From NCBI GenBank assembly GCA_038087875.1, contig CM075987.1, positions 22,446,001 through 22,510,000 on the forward strand: a stretch of DNA of 64,000 bases, read 5' to 3'. Shown here in pieces: positions 38,698 through 50,278 of this stretch. The translations under genes and the position numbers were made by a program. This stretch comes from Malacoraja senta (lineage: Eukaryota). The number at the start of each line of letters is the position of its first letter. Position 1 is the first letter of the stretch. The notes below the pieces were generated by a model. The model was not told where the DNA came from and searched no databases. It saw only the letters and a list, made by a program, of their open reading frames with translations.

Positions 38698-40367
38698 GAG
38701 GAAGAGAGAGAAAGGGACGGTGGGAGGGGGGAGTGGGGGGGAGTGGGGGCTGTAATTGGAAGTACATACCATTGGATTGTAGACCACCCAGGCAGACTAC
38801 AAGGTGCTGCCCCTCTAATTAAGCCGACCTGTCTGGCAGTGAGGTGGCCAATGACAGGCAGCTGGTGAGGGACTCACATTGGGGTGGGCAGAGGGGGGGG
38901 CTTTATTTGGAGGTGAGGTGGGGGGTGGGTGGAGAAGGCTCATGATGCACACCCACCCCTCCCCCAGAGGAGAACGAGTAATTCCTGATCATCACTATTG
39001 ATGGGAGTCACAGAGTCAGACAGCACGGAAACAGGCCCTTCGACCCAACTCGTTCATGCTGGCCAAGATGCCCCATCTTAGATAGTCCCATTCGCCCGCG
39101 TATGGCCCACGTCCCTCCAAACCTTCCCAGTCCACGTACCTGTCTAAGTGTCCTTTGAATACTTTTACAGTACCAGCCCAGACCCCAAAAACACTGGAGT
39201 AACTCAGCGGGTTATGGTTCCGACCCGAAACGTCAGCCATTCCTTCCCTCCAGAGATGCTGCCCATCCCGCTGAGTTACTCCAGCATTTTGTGTCTATCT
39301 TCGGTGTAAACCAGCATCTGCAGTTCCTTTCACTACCTCCTGTGGCAGCTCGTTCCATACACCCCCACCCGGGACGGGGACAGGGGGGTGGTCCGGGGGG
39401 CGGGGAGGTGTAGCGGAGGCCGGGGGCCGGGGCCGAGGGCTGGGCGGACGCCAGCGCTGGGTCACCCCGTGTGTGCGGAGAGGTCCCAGCTGCACAGGCT
39501 GCAAACCTCGGGTCCTATCCTCCCGCTGGCCCGCCTGTAATCAATGTGAAAGCATACCATGCCTTGACCAACAGTATCCAGTGCATTTATACAGCACCTG
39601 CGCTACTTCCAATAAATTGAAACCAAAGACTTCGGAGAAAAAAGTACAAACTCTGTACAGACAACACCCGAAGTCGGGATTGAACCCGGGTCTCTGGCGC
39701 TACAACTCTACCGCTGCTCCACCGTAGCTGTCCACACCTTGATGTGGCGTCAGGCAGAAAGAGCGGCGTCCAATTTGACCCCAACAAACCCCACTGACAT
39801 TGCCAACCTGGGGGGAAAACACTTTGTGGGAAAACAAAACAATAACACAATTCCTACTGCCCCACCCCGGGAGCCACACATTTCTCTCACTATTCCACCC
39901 CTCCTTCTCCACCCCTCCATCCCCTTCCATCTACATCCCTCCCTCTGGCTTCCCATTTCATTCCTCTTCCCGCCTTGTCTGACAGCCTTTTGTATTCTTT
40001 TCAACTCTAACCTTTGTCATTTACTCCATCCATCTATTCCCCACCCCGTGAGCTGTATCCACCTATCACTTACCTGGTGTTGTCCTGCCCCCATCTCTTA
40101 TCCAGCTTTCTTCCCCCCCCCCCCCCGACAACAATCAGTCTGAAGAAGATCATGTATCCATGTTCTCCACAGATGCTGCCTGACCCGCTGTGTTACTCCA
40201 GCACTTTGCGCTTTGCTCAAGTTTCCAGCATCTGCCATTCCTTGTGTCCCACACATAACAGCGTGGTTTCCATTGGGTAATCTGGTTAAATGATATTGGT
40301 TGAGTGGTAATATTGCCCTATATCTGGGAGTGAGAGGGAACTTGTTTGATATCCCCACCTTCACTGA

Positions 40368-40630
40368 TGAAGTGTGAATTCACACCTGCTCCTGCACTGT
40401 GGGAGTGTGAACTCACACCTGCCATTGCACTGGAAGTGTAAGCTCACAACTACCCCTGCACCAGCAGTGAGCTCACACCTACCCCTGCACCAGAGGAGTG
40501 GGTGGACTCACAACTACCCATATACCAGAAGTGTGAGCTCACACCTACCCCTGCACCAGAGGAGTGGGTGGACTCACAACTACCCCTACACCAGCAGTGT
40601 GAGCTCACACCTACCTCTTGCACCAGGAGT
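40368..40630 (+). repeat. Minisatellite, ~31-35 bp monomers forming a 66-bp dimer
   Basis: gtgagctcacacct recurs at 40467, 40533 and 40599. Confidence 0.85.
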
Positions 40631-41361
40631 GTGCCTTGGGAATCGCCCCTCTTGCCAATGGTGTTGCCTCTCTGTGTGTGAAATGTTCCCTGAGTACCGA
40701 CCCTCCGATCTTCCCTTCCCCCACCAAGATAGCGCTCGCCCTGTCCTGCCCCTCTAGCAGGTGCATGCTTTGATCCATCCATGCTCTCTTTCCCAGAGTA
40801 GGGAGAAAAGAAAGCAAAAACAGTGCATTAAATTCAAATCAAAGGGAACCTTGCGCTAGACAGTAGCAACATCGGGCCTGCTGAGTCTGCTGGAGACAGC
40901 AGGACATGTGTTAATCAAGGCCCAAGCTCACATCCAGCTCCTGATTGAACGTGTATCCCGGCTAATGAGAGCAAGGCAGCCAAAGATATTTTAATTGTAA
41001 AACAAGGCCGAAAGTGTGAGTCAAAACTTTGGCAAATCTCGCAATCCTTAATTGAAAACACTTTGGTTTGTGAAGCACAAGGGGAAAAAAAACCTCTCCT
41101 TGTCTGGGCCAGAGAACTAAGGCCTTGTTTGCATTGACTGTAATTCTCGTCTGTCGGGATTTACATCAGGGGTTCAAAAATATTATTTTTTTTACAAAAT
41201 AAATTGAAATCCCAATCAGGGTTCATAGATTCCTGAGTTTACAACTGAGAGCTGGATGATGTACATCGCATTAACAAGGCCACTTGTGCGGGGACTATGG
41301 CCAGACAAAAGTGGCACAACCTGGTGAAAATGATCCAAATGTTTAGTCAAAGGATTAATGA

Positions 41362-41898
41362 ATTGTGTGCAGTTTTGGTCCCCTAATTTGAGGAAGGACA
41401 TTCTTGCTATTGAGGGAGTGCAGCGTAGGTTTACAAGGTTAATTCCCGGGATGGCGGGACTGTCATATGCTGAGAGAATGGAGCAGCTGGGCTTGTACAC
41501 TCTGGAGTTTAGAAGGATGAGAGGGTAACTCATTGAGACATATAAGATTGTTAAGGGCTTGGACACGCTAGAGGCAGGAAACATGTTCCCGATGTTGGGG
41601 GAGTCCAGAACCAGGGGCCACAGTTTAAGAATAAGGAATAAGCCATTTAGAACGGAGACGAGGAAACACTTGTGAGTCTGTGGAATTCTCTGCCTCAGAG
41701 GGCGGTGGAGGCAGGTTCTCTGGATGCTTTCAAGAGAGAGCTAGATAGGGCTCTTAAAAATATCGGAGTCAGGGGATATGGGGAGAAGGCAGGAACGGGG
41801 TACTGATTGGGGATGATCAGCCATGATCACATTGAATGGCGGTGCTGGCTCGAAGGGCCAAATGGCCTACTCCTGCACCTATTGTCTATTGTCTATTG
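41362..41898 (+). mobile_element. CR1-clade LINE 3' fragment ((ATTGTCT)n tail) in Prrx intron 1
   Basis: CVQFWSPNLRKDILAIEGVQRRF..., same 3' UTR and tail as 4335-4859. Confidence 0.92.
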
Positions 41899-42198
41899 AA
41901 TGAAGGAAACTTTATTATCACATGTGACATGTCACAGTGAGATTCTTCATTTTGCGTACACAAGGTATGCAAAGAGTCGCCACCTATAGGGCACCGACAA
42001 TGTTACAGAGCACAAAGGGAGAGGTTTTAAGGAGGTTTTAAGGAGCATCTTAACAATGGAGAGAGGGAGGTGGGTGGAGAGGTTCAAGAAGGAATTTCCG
42101 ATCGCAGGCCGCTGAAGGTAAAGCTGCCAGAGGAGAAACTATTAAACGTAAGGGGTTCTGTACAGAGAAAGCACAGAAACGTACCTCAGATTTGGAGA

Positions 42199-42389
42199 TA
42201 AACAAAAATGCTGGAGAAACTCAGCGGGTGAGGCAGCATCTATGGAGCGAAGGGAATAGGTGACCTTTCGGGTCACCCGAAACGTCACCTATTCCCTTCG
42301 CTCCATAGATGCTGCCTCACCCGCTGAGTTTCTCCAGCATTTTGGTCTACCTTCAATTTTTCCAGCATCTGCAGTTCCTTGTTAAACAT
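42199..42389. mobile_element. Palindromic Penelope-derived short element with 13-bp TSD
   Basis: ~70-bp inverted arms centred near 42273. TSD tcagatttggaga at 42186-42198 and 42390-42402. Confidence 0.85.
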
Positions 42390-43597
42390 TCAGATTTGGA
42401 GAGATATGTTGGAGCAAACATGGAGGGAAAAGGGCAAGGAGAGAGATGAACATGAAGGAGAGCATTACATAAATTCTGAAGGTGGTCTCGACCCGAAACA
42501 TCACCCATTCCTTCGCTCCAGAGATGCTGTCTGACCCGCTGAGTTTCTCCAGCTTTTTTGTGTCTATGTTCGGTTTAAACCTGCATCTGCAGTTCCTCCC
42601 TACACTATATAAAACGTTGACAGGATGCACACGGAACTGCAGGTGCCAGGATCTTGCGTTGAACGCAAAGTGCTGGAGTGACTCAAAAGATCGGGAAGCA
42701 CCTCTGCAGGACACGGATGGGCGACCTGTTGGGTGGGGAGCTTTCTTCAGTATGAATGTTGTCAGGCCTGGAGCAAGGTAGTTAATCGGCTAATGGGACT
42801 CGTACAAGAATGAATCGTTTAAAAAATGAGATGGAGGCAGAGTAAGAGAGCTGAGGTTGGGTGTGTAGGAAGGAACTGCAGATGCTGGTTTACACCGAAG
42901 ATAGACACAAAATGCTGGAGTAACTCAGCGGGTCAGGCAGCATCTCTGGAGAGAAGGAATGGGTGACGTTTCAGGTCGAGACCCTTCTTCAGACAGAGCC
43001 AGGGGAGAGGGAGACTGGAGATATGGAAGGGTACAAAGAGCATGTAAGGTGTGGCTTGGCATCGGTCACCATTTGCAGGTAACCTCCACACTTCCAGCAC
43101 CTTTTGCCCAGAACAATGTTTCCTGACTTCACCCTGAGAGATTTAGCTCTAAAATTCAGCTAGCATGCATCAGCCTTAGAGCCCCCCATCAGGATCTCTC
43201 TATCTCACCTGCTGGTTCCATTTAACTTCAATCAGATATTCTTTTAGCTGTCTAAGTTCCTCGCAATATAACCATAGTTTGTGTAACAGCTTCCCATAAT
43301 TGAAGCCTTGGAATCCATGGATTGTACACTCGATTCAATAATTCAGAAATAAAATCATATTGGGTTCATTTCAAATGGTAGCGTTTGATATATATTTGAA
43401 GTAGAAACTTGGATGTAAAGATGTTTTCACTGAGTTCCCTATTACATTCATTTGGGACTCTCTCGGACATAAGCTGAAGAATTATACACTAGGAACGCTC
43501 ATTCATCATATTTCTGCCCAAAAAGGAGACCTTTCGGACGAAACATTGCCACTAGTCCCATCCCTCATTTATTTCCCTGTAACCTATTCTCTCTCAC

Positions 43598-43730
43598 CCA
43601 CACACACTGACCCTCACTGGGGTACAGGTCCTACACACACACACACACACACACTGACCCTCACTGGGGTACAGGTCCCACACACACACACACACTGACC
43701 CCCACTGGGGTACAGGTCCCACACACACAC
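43598..43730 (+). repeat. (CA)n-tgaccctcactggggtacaggtcc minisatellite, 3 units
   Basis: Direct reading; ends ~65 bp before the exon 2 acceptor. Confidence 0.9.
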
Positions 43731-43767
43731 TTGCTCTTTACTTGTGTGGGGATGTTGCCGTTTGTAA

Positions 43768-44112
<345 letters not shown>

Positions 44113-44890
44113 TGACTATTTTCAAGCCTCCCTTGAATTCACCGATACTGTTCGCTTCCACCTTAAGGCAGCAGATTCTTCACCTGATGTACTGACTTGC
44201 CCCCGTCCCCTTCCATAGCCTGTGCAGTGCATCGGAACGTGGAACTCAAACCTTTCCCTTTGCCAAACCATGTGATTTTATTTCACGGCGCAGCCCGATC
44301 CACAGGAGATCTGTGATGGACGCCTCGTAAGAAAAGTTGGATAGAAACAGCAGAGAATAGATCTCTGTCGGTTCTGCCTGCATCCAGATCCCTCCGTGGA
44401 TGCACCATCTCAGTCACCTTGTCCAGCCCTAGAACTATTGGAAATATCTCTGCCCCTCCAATTATGTGCTCTCACAAATCCACCATTTCCAACGCACCAG
44501 ATTCAGCTACTTTGACCCAGACCTTGGGCACCTCCTTTCTAGAACTCTCCATCTCACCCTGCTCCTTCAAGACACTTCTGAAAACTTACTTCAGTGGAAT
44601 GTGAGGTGTAGGAAGGATATGGATCACGTGCAGCCAGAGGGGAAGAGTGTAACTTGGCATTATGTTCGGCATGGACATTATGGATTGTAAGGCCTAATCT
44701 TGTGCTGTATTGTTCTATGTTCTGTGTTCATAGTCTATGTTCTCTGCTCCATGTTCTATGTTTCAAGAGCCGTGTGGATTTGGCTCAGAAACTGTTGCTG
44801 CCGATTGTAATACTAAGGGTTGACATGAAACTGGATGACAGAATGCAGCTCCATCTCTCACCCCCTCACCTCCCCCCGTTACTCCCGCAG

Positions 44891-45069
44891 GTCTGGTTTC
44901 AGAATCGGCGAGCAAAGTTCCGGCGGAATGAACGCGCCTCGCTGGCCAGCAGGACGGTGTCGCTCCTCAAATCCTACGGCACGGAAGCTGCGGTCGAGCA
45001 GCCGGTCGCCCCCCGGCAGCCTTCCCTGGGCGCGGAGTTTCTCTCGTGGTCGGCCAACTCTTCCTACAG
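44891..45069 (+). CDS. prrx2: Prrx-family homeobox gene, coding exon 3 (recognition helix)
   Basis: Acceptor cccgcag|GTCTGG. Encodes VWFQNRRAKFRRNERASLASRTVSLLKSYGTEAAVEQPVAPRQPSLGAEFLSWSANSSY; donor TACAG|GTAAC (phase 2). Confidence 0.95.
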
Positions 45070-45305
45070 GTAACGGCCCAGCGGCCACACCCACGGCTGC
45101 AGCCCCTCCCCCCCCGCTCGCGGTCGCATGTCATTGTAACTGTCCCTCCCACTCTCGCACCCAACACATCCGTTTCGGCCTCGCCCATCGCCAGAGAGAG
45201 GCCTAACGCAAAATGGCAGAACAATACCTCGTATCTCGAAGGTAGACACAAAGTGGTGGAGTAACTCAGCGGGACAGGCAGCATCTCTGGAGAGAAGGAA
45301 CGGGT

Positions 45306-45333
45306 GACGTTTCGGGTCGAGACCCTTCTTCAG
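45306..45333 (-). ncRNA. Hammerhead-ribozyme-like core in an inverted Penelope pseudo-LTR
   Basis: Reverse complement is CTGAAGAAGGGTCTCGACCCGAAACGTC, identical to 31077-31104. Confidence 0.7.
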
Positions 45334-45561
45334 ACACGGGCAGCTGGTACTGAGTGGTTTGTACATTGAACTTTCCAACTTCAGATAGCCCATGCCCTCA
45401 TGTTCCTCTTCCACACACCCTCACCCATCCATGCTGTTTTCTCATTTTATTCATCTCTCCCATCCTCCACCCCTAACTGATTCCACCTGCCCATCATCCC
45501 CTCCCCCCCTCTAGTTCAAGCTATCACCCACTGGTCTCTATCCCCTCCCTCCCGCTCTTAT

Positions 45562-46585
45562 ATTAGCAATGTTACAACATTTTGAGATTTTAAAAATCAA
45601 GTCTGTAATTTATCCCATCAGGTAAAGCATAAAAAGACGTTTAATTTGACACCTAATTCACTTTCATATCTTCAGTATTAAAAAAGTTATGGCCATTTTC
45701 ATACTTGGAAATTAGCATCTTGTTCCCTATTGCTTTTCCATTGACTTAACACAAAAGCTGTGATCGAGGACAGTCAAAAGCCAATAACTTTCTTATAAAT
45801 TAAGAGAACTGAAAGAAATTTTCAGTTATTATAGATTGAAGCATTCTGAAACAAATATGAAACAATCTTACTTAGATGACACGAAATTAAAGCATAGCTA
45901 ATTACAAAATTCAATTACTAGATCTAAACATCTATCAATTTCTTAAGAATAGATTAACATTTTTAAATAGCCTGTGTCCAAATAACATTCACACAAGAAT
46001 TCACAATATAACATAATTTTTAAATCTCATTGTCATGGATTTATAGGCCAAATGGAAGGAATTTAATGTATAATACCTGTAAATTAATGGCCATTTAAAT
46101 CATCTTGCGAGTGGGGTTTTCTGGAACGCGATCATTTGGAACGTTGATTTGCGGTGAATTTAACCCTGTATCGGCATGAAAAATACTGCCGGTTAGTTCG
46201 GGGGAAAAGAATCACCGTTTCGCATTTTAAAATGTGAATTAAAGGCCTCTTAAGAAGCACTTTTAAACATAAAATAAACGGCTTTCGTTTACCTGTCCCG
46301 TGCGTGAAATCCGTCCCCGTTGTCGGCGTTGACGGCTTTAGAAGCTGATTTTAAAATAACTCCAGCGCTGAACTTGTCGGGCGAATAAAAATAAAAAATA
46401 CACAAAACGCCCGTCGGAACGATTCTTCAGCAAAAGCTTGCACTCCAACGAAATATAATTCAGGACAAGGTAGGAGAACCGCGTTTTAACCCGCCCCCCC
46501 CCCCCCATAAAGGCGTCAAAATCGCGCACACGGCCAGTGGCAGAATTGCAGCGCCGCTGAAGGTAAGTATTGTAACATACCTACT
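45562..46585. mobile_element. ~1 kb non-autonomous DNA element with short imperfect TIRs (Kolobok-like?) nested in a Penelope remnant, Prrx intron 3
   Basis: ATGTTACAA (45569-45577) / TTGTAACAT (46570-46578); TTAT/TATA flanks. The Penelope UTR resumes on both sides. Confidence 0.55.
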
Positions 46586-46814
46586 TATATACTGGCAATC
46601 ATTCCTCTTCTCACTCTGATGCAGGGCTTGACTCGAATTGTTGATCATTTCTCTGCCTCCTCAGATGCTGTTTGACCGTGGAGTTATTCCAGCATCTGTT
46701 TCTTGTTCCAGATCCCAGCATCTGCATTCTCTTTTGTCTTCATTCAACAGGAGAGATTTTTGAAAACCTGCCCTCCCCTCATCCATCCAACTTCCACAGA
46801 CAGACACGTATCTG

Positions 46815-46845
46815 CACACACACACAAACACACTCACACACACAC

Positions 46846-46891
<46 letters not shown>

Positions 46892-47170
46892 ACACACTCA
46901 CACACACGCATGCACACACGCACACACACACACAGACATGCACACACATGCACGCACGTGCACACACACATGCATGCGCACATACAAACATGCATGCACA
47001 CACGCATGCACATATATGCATGCACACACACATGCACACAAACACATGTGGGCACACGCAAATGAACGCACACACGCACATGAACAAACACGCACGCACG
47101 TGCGCACGCAAATGTGCATGCACATGTACACACACATACACACATGAACGAGCATATATACACACACACA
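46815..47170 (+). repeat. Compound (CA)/(CATG)/(CACG) microsatellite
   Basis: Alternating purine-pyrimidine tract ending ~23 bp before exon 4. Confidence 0.95.
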
Positions 47171-47193
47171 ACGATTGTTCTGTGGTTTTACAG

Positions 47194-47329
47194 CCCGGTG
47201 CCATCTTACACTTCGAATGGATCGAATGGCAGCAGCCCAGGAGTGACCATGGCGAACAGCATTGCCAATCTACGGCTGAAGGCCAAGGAGTTCAGCCTCC
47301 AGAGGAGCCACGTCACCCCCATCAACTGA
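47194..47329 (+). CDS. prrx2: Prrx-family homeobox gene, coding exon 4 (OAR domain, stop)
   Basis: Acceptor ttttacag|C, phase 2. Encodes SPVPSYTSNGSNGSSPGVTMANSIANLRLKAKEFSLQRSHVTPIN* with the OAR motif SIANLRLKAKE. The four exons sum to 747 nt in frame. Confidence 0.95.
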
Positions 47330-47851
47330 TCCCGGGCTGGCCTGGGACAAAGGCAAGTGCTGGGGACATTCTGACACGGACACGTTCTCACCCAGGTCAG
47401 TGTGCTCGGCACACTCTCTCATCCAGGATAATGTATGGTACATTCTGACCCGGGACATCGCGTTTGGACACGTGGATCCAGACCAGCCTGCCCAGGACTA
47501 TCCAACCTAGGGCAACATGCTCGCCACATCCTGACCCAGGATAACCTGCTTGGGACTCCCCGACATGAGACAATGCGCTTGGGACTCGGCTATCCCGGGT
47601 AACGTCAGACCCTAATCTTGGACAACGAGGCCAAGACACACCGACCCAAGGTGATGGGCTTGGGCAGCACTCTGACTCAGGGCAACATGCTGGGGACAAC
47701 ATGACTTCAATATGTTCCAGCTCCATACAAGCCATCTACCAAGTGACTCAGGTTGTAGAAACAAGGAACCGCAGAGGCTGGTTAATACACAAGAGGGCAC
47801 AGAGTGCTGGATAGTTCATGGGGAACATTGACATCCTTGCTTTCAGGAGAG

Positions 47852-48120
47852 GGCTGTACCGTGGAGCAGCGGTAGAGCTGCTGCCTTACAACGCCAGATA
47901 CCCGGGTTCAATCCAGACTACGGGTGCTGTCTGTATGGAGTTTGCACCTTCTCCCCGGGCTTGAGTTTTCTCCGGGCGCTCCAGTTTCCTCCCACACTCC
48001 GAAGACATACAGGTTTTATTGGCTTCGGTAAAATTGTAAATTGTCCCTTGTGTGTAGGATACCGTGAACTCGGTGGGTCAAAGGTCCTGTTTCCACTCTG
48101 TATCTCTAAACTTAAACTAA
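47852..48120 (+). mobile_element. tRNA-derived V-SINE in the probable Prrx 3' UTR
   Basis: B box GGTTCAATCC at 47905-47914, V-domain and tail. Other copies or fragments at 22439-22650(-), 28104-28332(+), 36985-37790(+), 39640-39730(-), 48636-48740(+), 49637-49885(+), 57378-57606(-). Confidence 0.85.
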
Positions 48121-49513
48121 AGATGCTGCCTGACCTGTTGAGTGACTCCAGTGGTTCTGGTTACTCCATTACAGATCGTACACTCACTCAACACATCTCC
48201 TTGGATACACGGACAGGCAGCGCGAGTTACCTGTTGCTCAATGTGTCGTGAGATGATTGCAAATGTCACTTTGGACGTTTCTCAGTGTGGTATATTGGAG
48301 TCTACAGGTTAATTAGTTGCTGAGCTTCTGTCCAATTGTCTCTTTTTCCCGACCCCATTCAAAATGGAGTCCAAGTCATTCCTCCTTCATTTTGCATCAC
48401 GTTAGAGGAGCTACGGTATACTCAGACTGGGGCATGGGGCAACAGTTTCTCACAGCTCCAGCCCCCTCTAAATGCAGCAAGATGCAAGCTCCCCTTGCAC
48501 AGCTTCTCACCAGGGTTTGGCTTCCATGGCCACCAGTGGTCCACTGGCCTTGTACCTGCAGGTGCCTCTGCTTCACCACACCCCAGTCGTAAGGGCAACA
48601 GAGAGTTGGTTTAACTGGTGTGGCTCCAAGGAGCTCAGGTGCTGTCTGCCTGGAGTTTGCATGTGCTGCGTATTGCCGCGCGGGTTCTCCAGTTTCCTCC
48701 CAAGGACCCATGGATCAGCAGGTTAATTGGGTACTGTAAACGGCCCCGAATGCACATGAGCGATACAATCTGGGAAGTGTTGAGGGCCATCTGGTGAGAA
48801 TGAATAGGGTATAGAATGAATATAGAATGAACGATGGGCTGAATGGCCTAATTCTACTCCTATGACCGATGAAATGTGATTGAAGTAGGATGAGTGCAAA
48901 TGGGTGCTGATGGTCAGTATTTGATTCAGTGGGCCGAAGGGCCTGTCCGCATACTGTATGACTCAATGACATTGAGCAACAAGAGAGAGAGATGCTGCAT
49001 TCACAAAATACCCACCCTCATCGCTTCTACCCCATTCCCCTCTCCATGAATCATCTTCAAGGGTGATTCCAGCATCCTAGCAGATGGATAACAGCCCTCT
49101 GTGAAGAAACGTATAATCCTGTCTGCGACTTGTGGCCAATTATTTTATATCTGTCATCTTTGAACTCACTTACTAGAGAAAGCATTTTCTCATTATCGAA
49201 TTTATTAAAACTTCTGATAATTTTCTTTCTGAACTTTGGCCATGTGAAACATGAAATAAAACTATGTTCAAAGGCCTCACAGAGACACACACAGGTCTGT
49301 GCAGCCCAGCCTGAGTTTCAACCATGAACCCAGAGGTGAAAGATCAATGCTTGTGGCTTGGGTCAAAGTGTCATCACAACTTAAAAATACTTTGCCCCAT
49401 GATACAAACATGAATGGAACAAAGGGTGAAGCAAGGATGATACTTGTACAGAGCGTTACTTTGCAATGAATGTATGCATGTCATGTTTAACTGTTTAAAA
49501 AACAAATCTGTTG

Positions 49514-49519
49514 AATAAA
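49514..49519 (+). terminator. Candidate polyadenylation signal of the Prrx gene
   Basis: AATAAA after an AU-rich, non-repetitive block (49430-49545). Another AATAAA lies near 49255. Confidence 0.35.
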
Positions 49520-49887
49520 TAATGTTTAAATATTATATTGTAAACTGCTCCGAGAGACACAGATCTTTTGTATCATTGATCATTTGGATATCATTCTATA
49601 TATTTATCCTATTCTTCTACTGCGAGGATTTAAACCAGAGACCCGGGTTCGATCCTGACCTTGGGTGGTGTTTGTGTGGGGAATGCACGTTCTCCCTGTG
49701 ATTGTGTGGTTTCCTCCAGGTGCTCCAGCTTCCTCCCTCATCCCAGACGTGTGGGTTTTTAGGTTAATTGGCCCTCTGTAAAATTACCCTCAGTGTGTAA
49801 GGAGTGGATGCGAAAGTTGGATAACATAGGACTAGTGTGAATGGGTGATCGATGGTTGGCATGGACTCGGTGGGCTGAAGGACCTGT

Positions 49888-49897
49888 TTCCATTCAT

Positions 49898-49976
<79 letters not shown>

Positions 49977-50019
49977 CTCCTTCTCTCTTTCTCTCTTTCT
50001 CTCTTTCTCTCTTTCTCTC

Positions 50020-50060
<41 letters not shown>

Positions 50061-50131
50061 TTCTCTCTTTCTCTCTTTCTCTCTTTCTCTCTTTCTCTTT
50101 CTCTCTTTCTCTCTTTCTTTCTTTCTTTCTT

Positions 50132-50184
<53 letters not shown>

Positions 50185-50278
50185 TTTTCTCTCTTTCTCT
50201 CTTTCTCTCTTTCTCTCTTTCTCTCTTCTTCTTTCTTTCTTTCTTTCTTTCGTTCTTTCTTTCTTTCTTTCTTTCTTT
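49888..50278 (+). repeat. Compound (TCTG)/(TTTC)/(TC) microsatellite grown from a SINE tail
   Basis: Direct reading. Confidence 0.95.

Noticed and set aside
40368..40630. Repeat array superficially CRISPR-like
   Set aside because: No unique spacers, eukaryotic context and no cas genes; an ordinary minisatellite.
44654..44890. N-terminal part of ORF 44654..45073 as coding
   Set aside because: Intronic, partly a CR1 tail; the homeodomain continues from exon 2 via the acceptor at 44891.
46661..47204. His/Thr- and Cys/Val-rich ORFs
   Set aside because: Products of the CA microsatellite; only 47194-47329 is coding.
47852..47925. tRNA gene (also 17870-17940, 39670-39730)
   Set aside because: A/B boxes belong to SINE heads continuing into the V-domain; no full cloverleaf.
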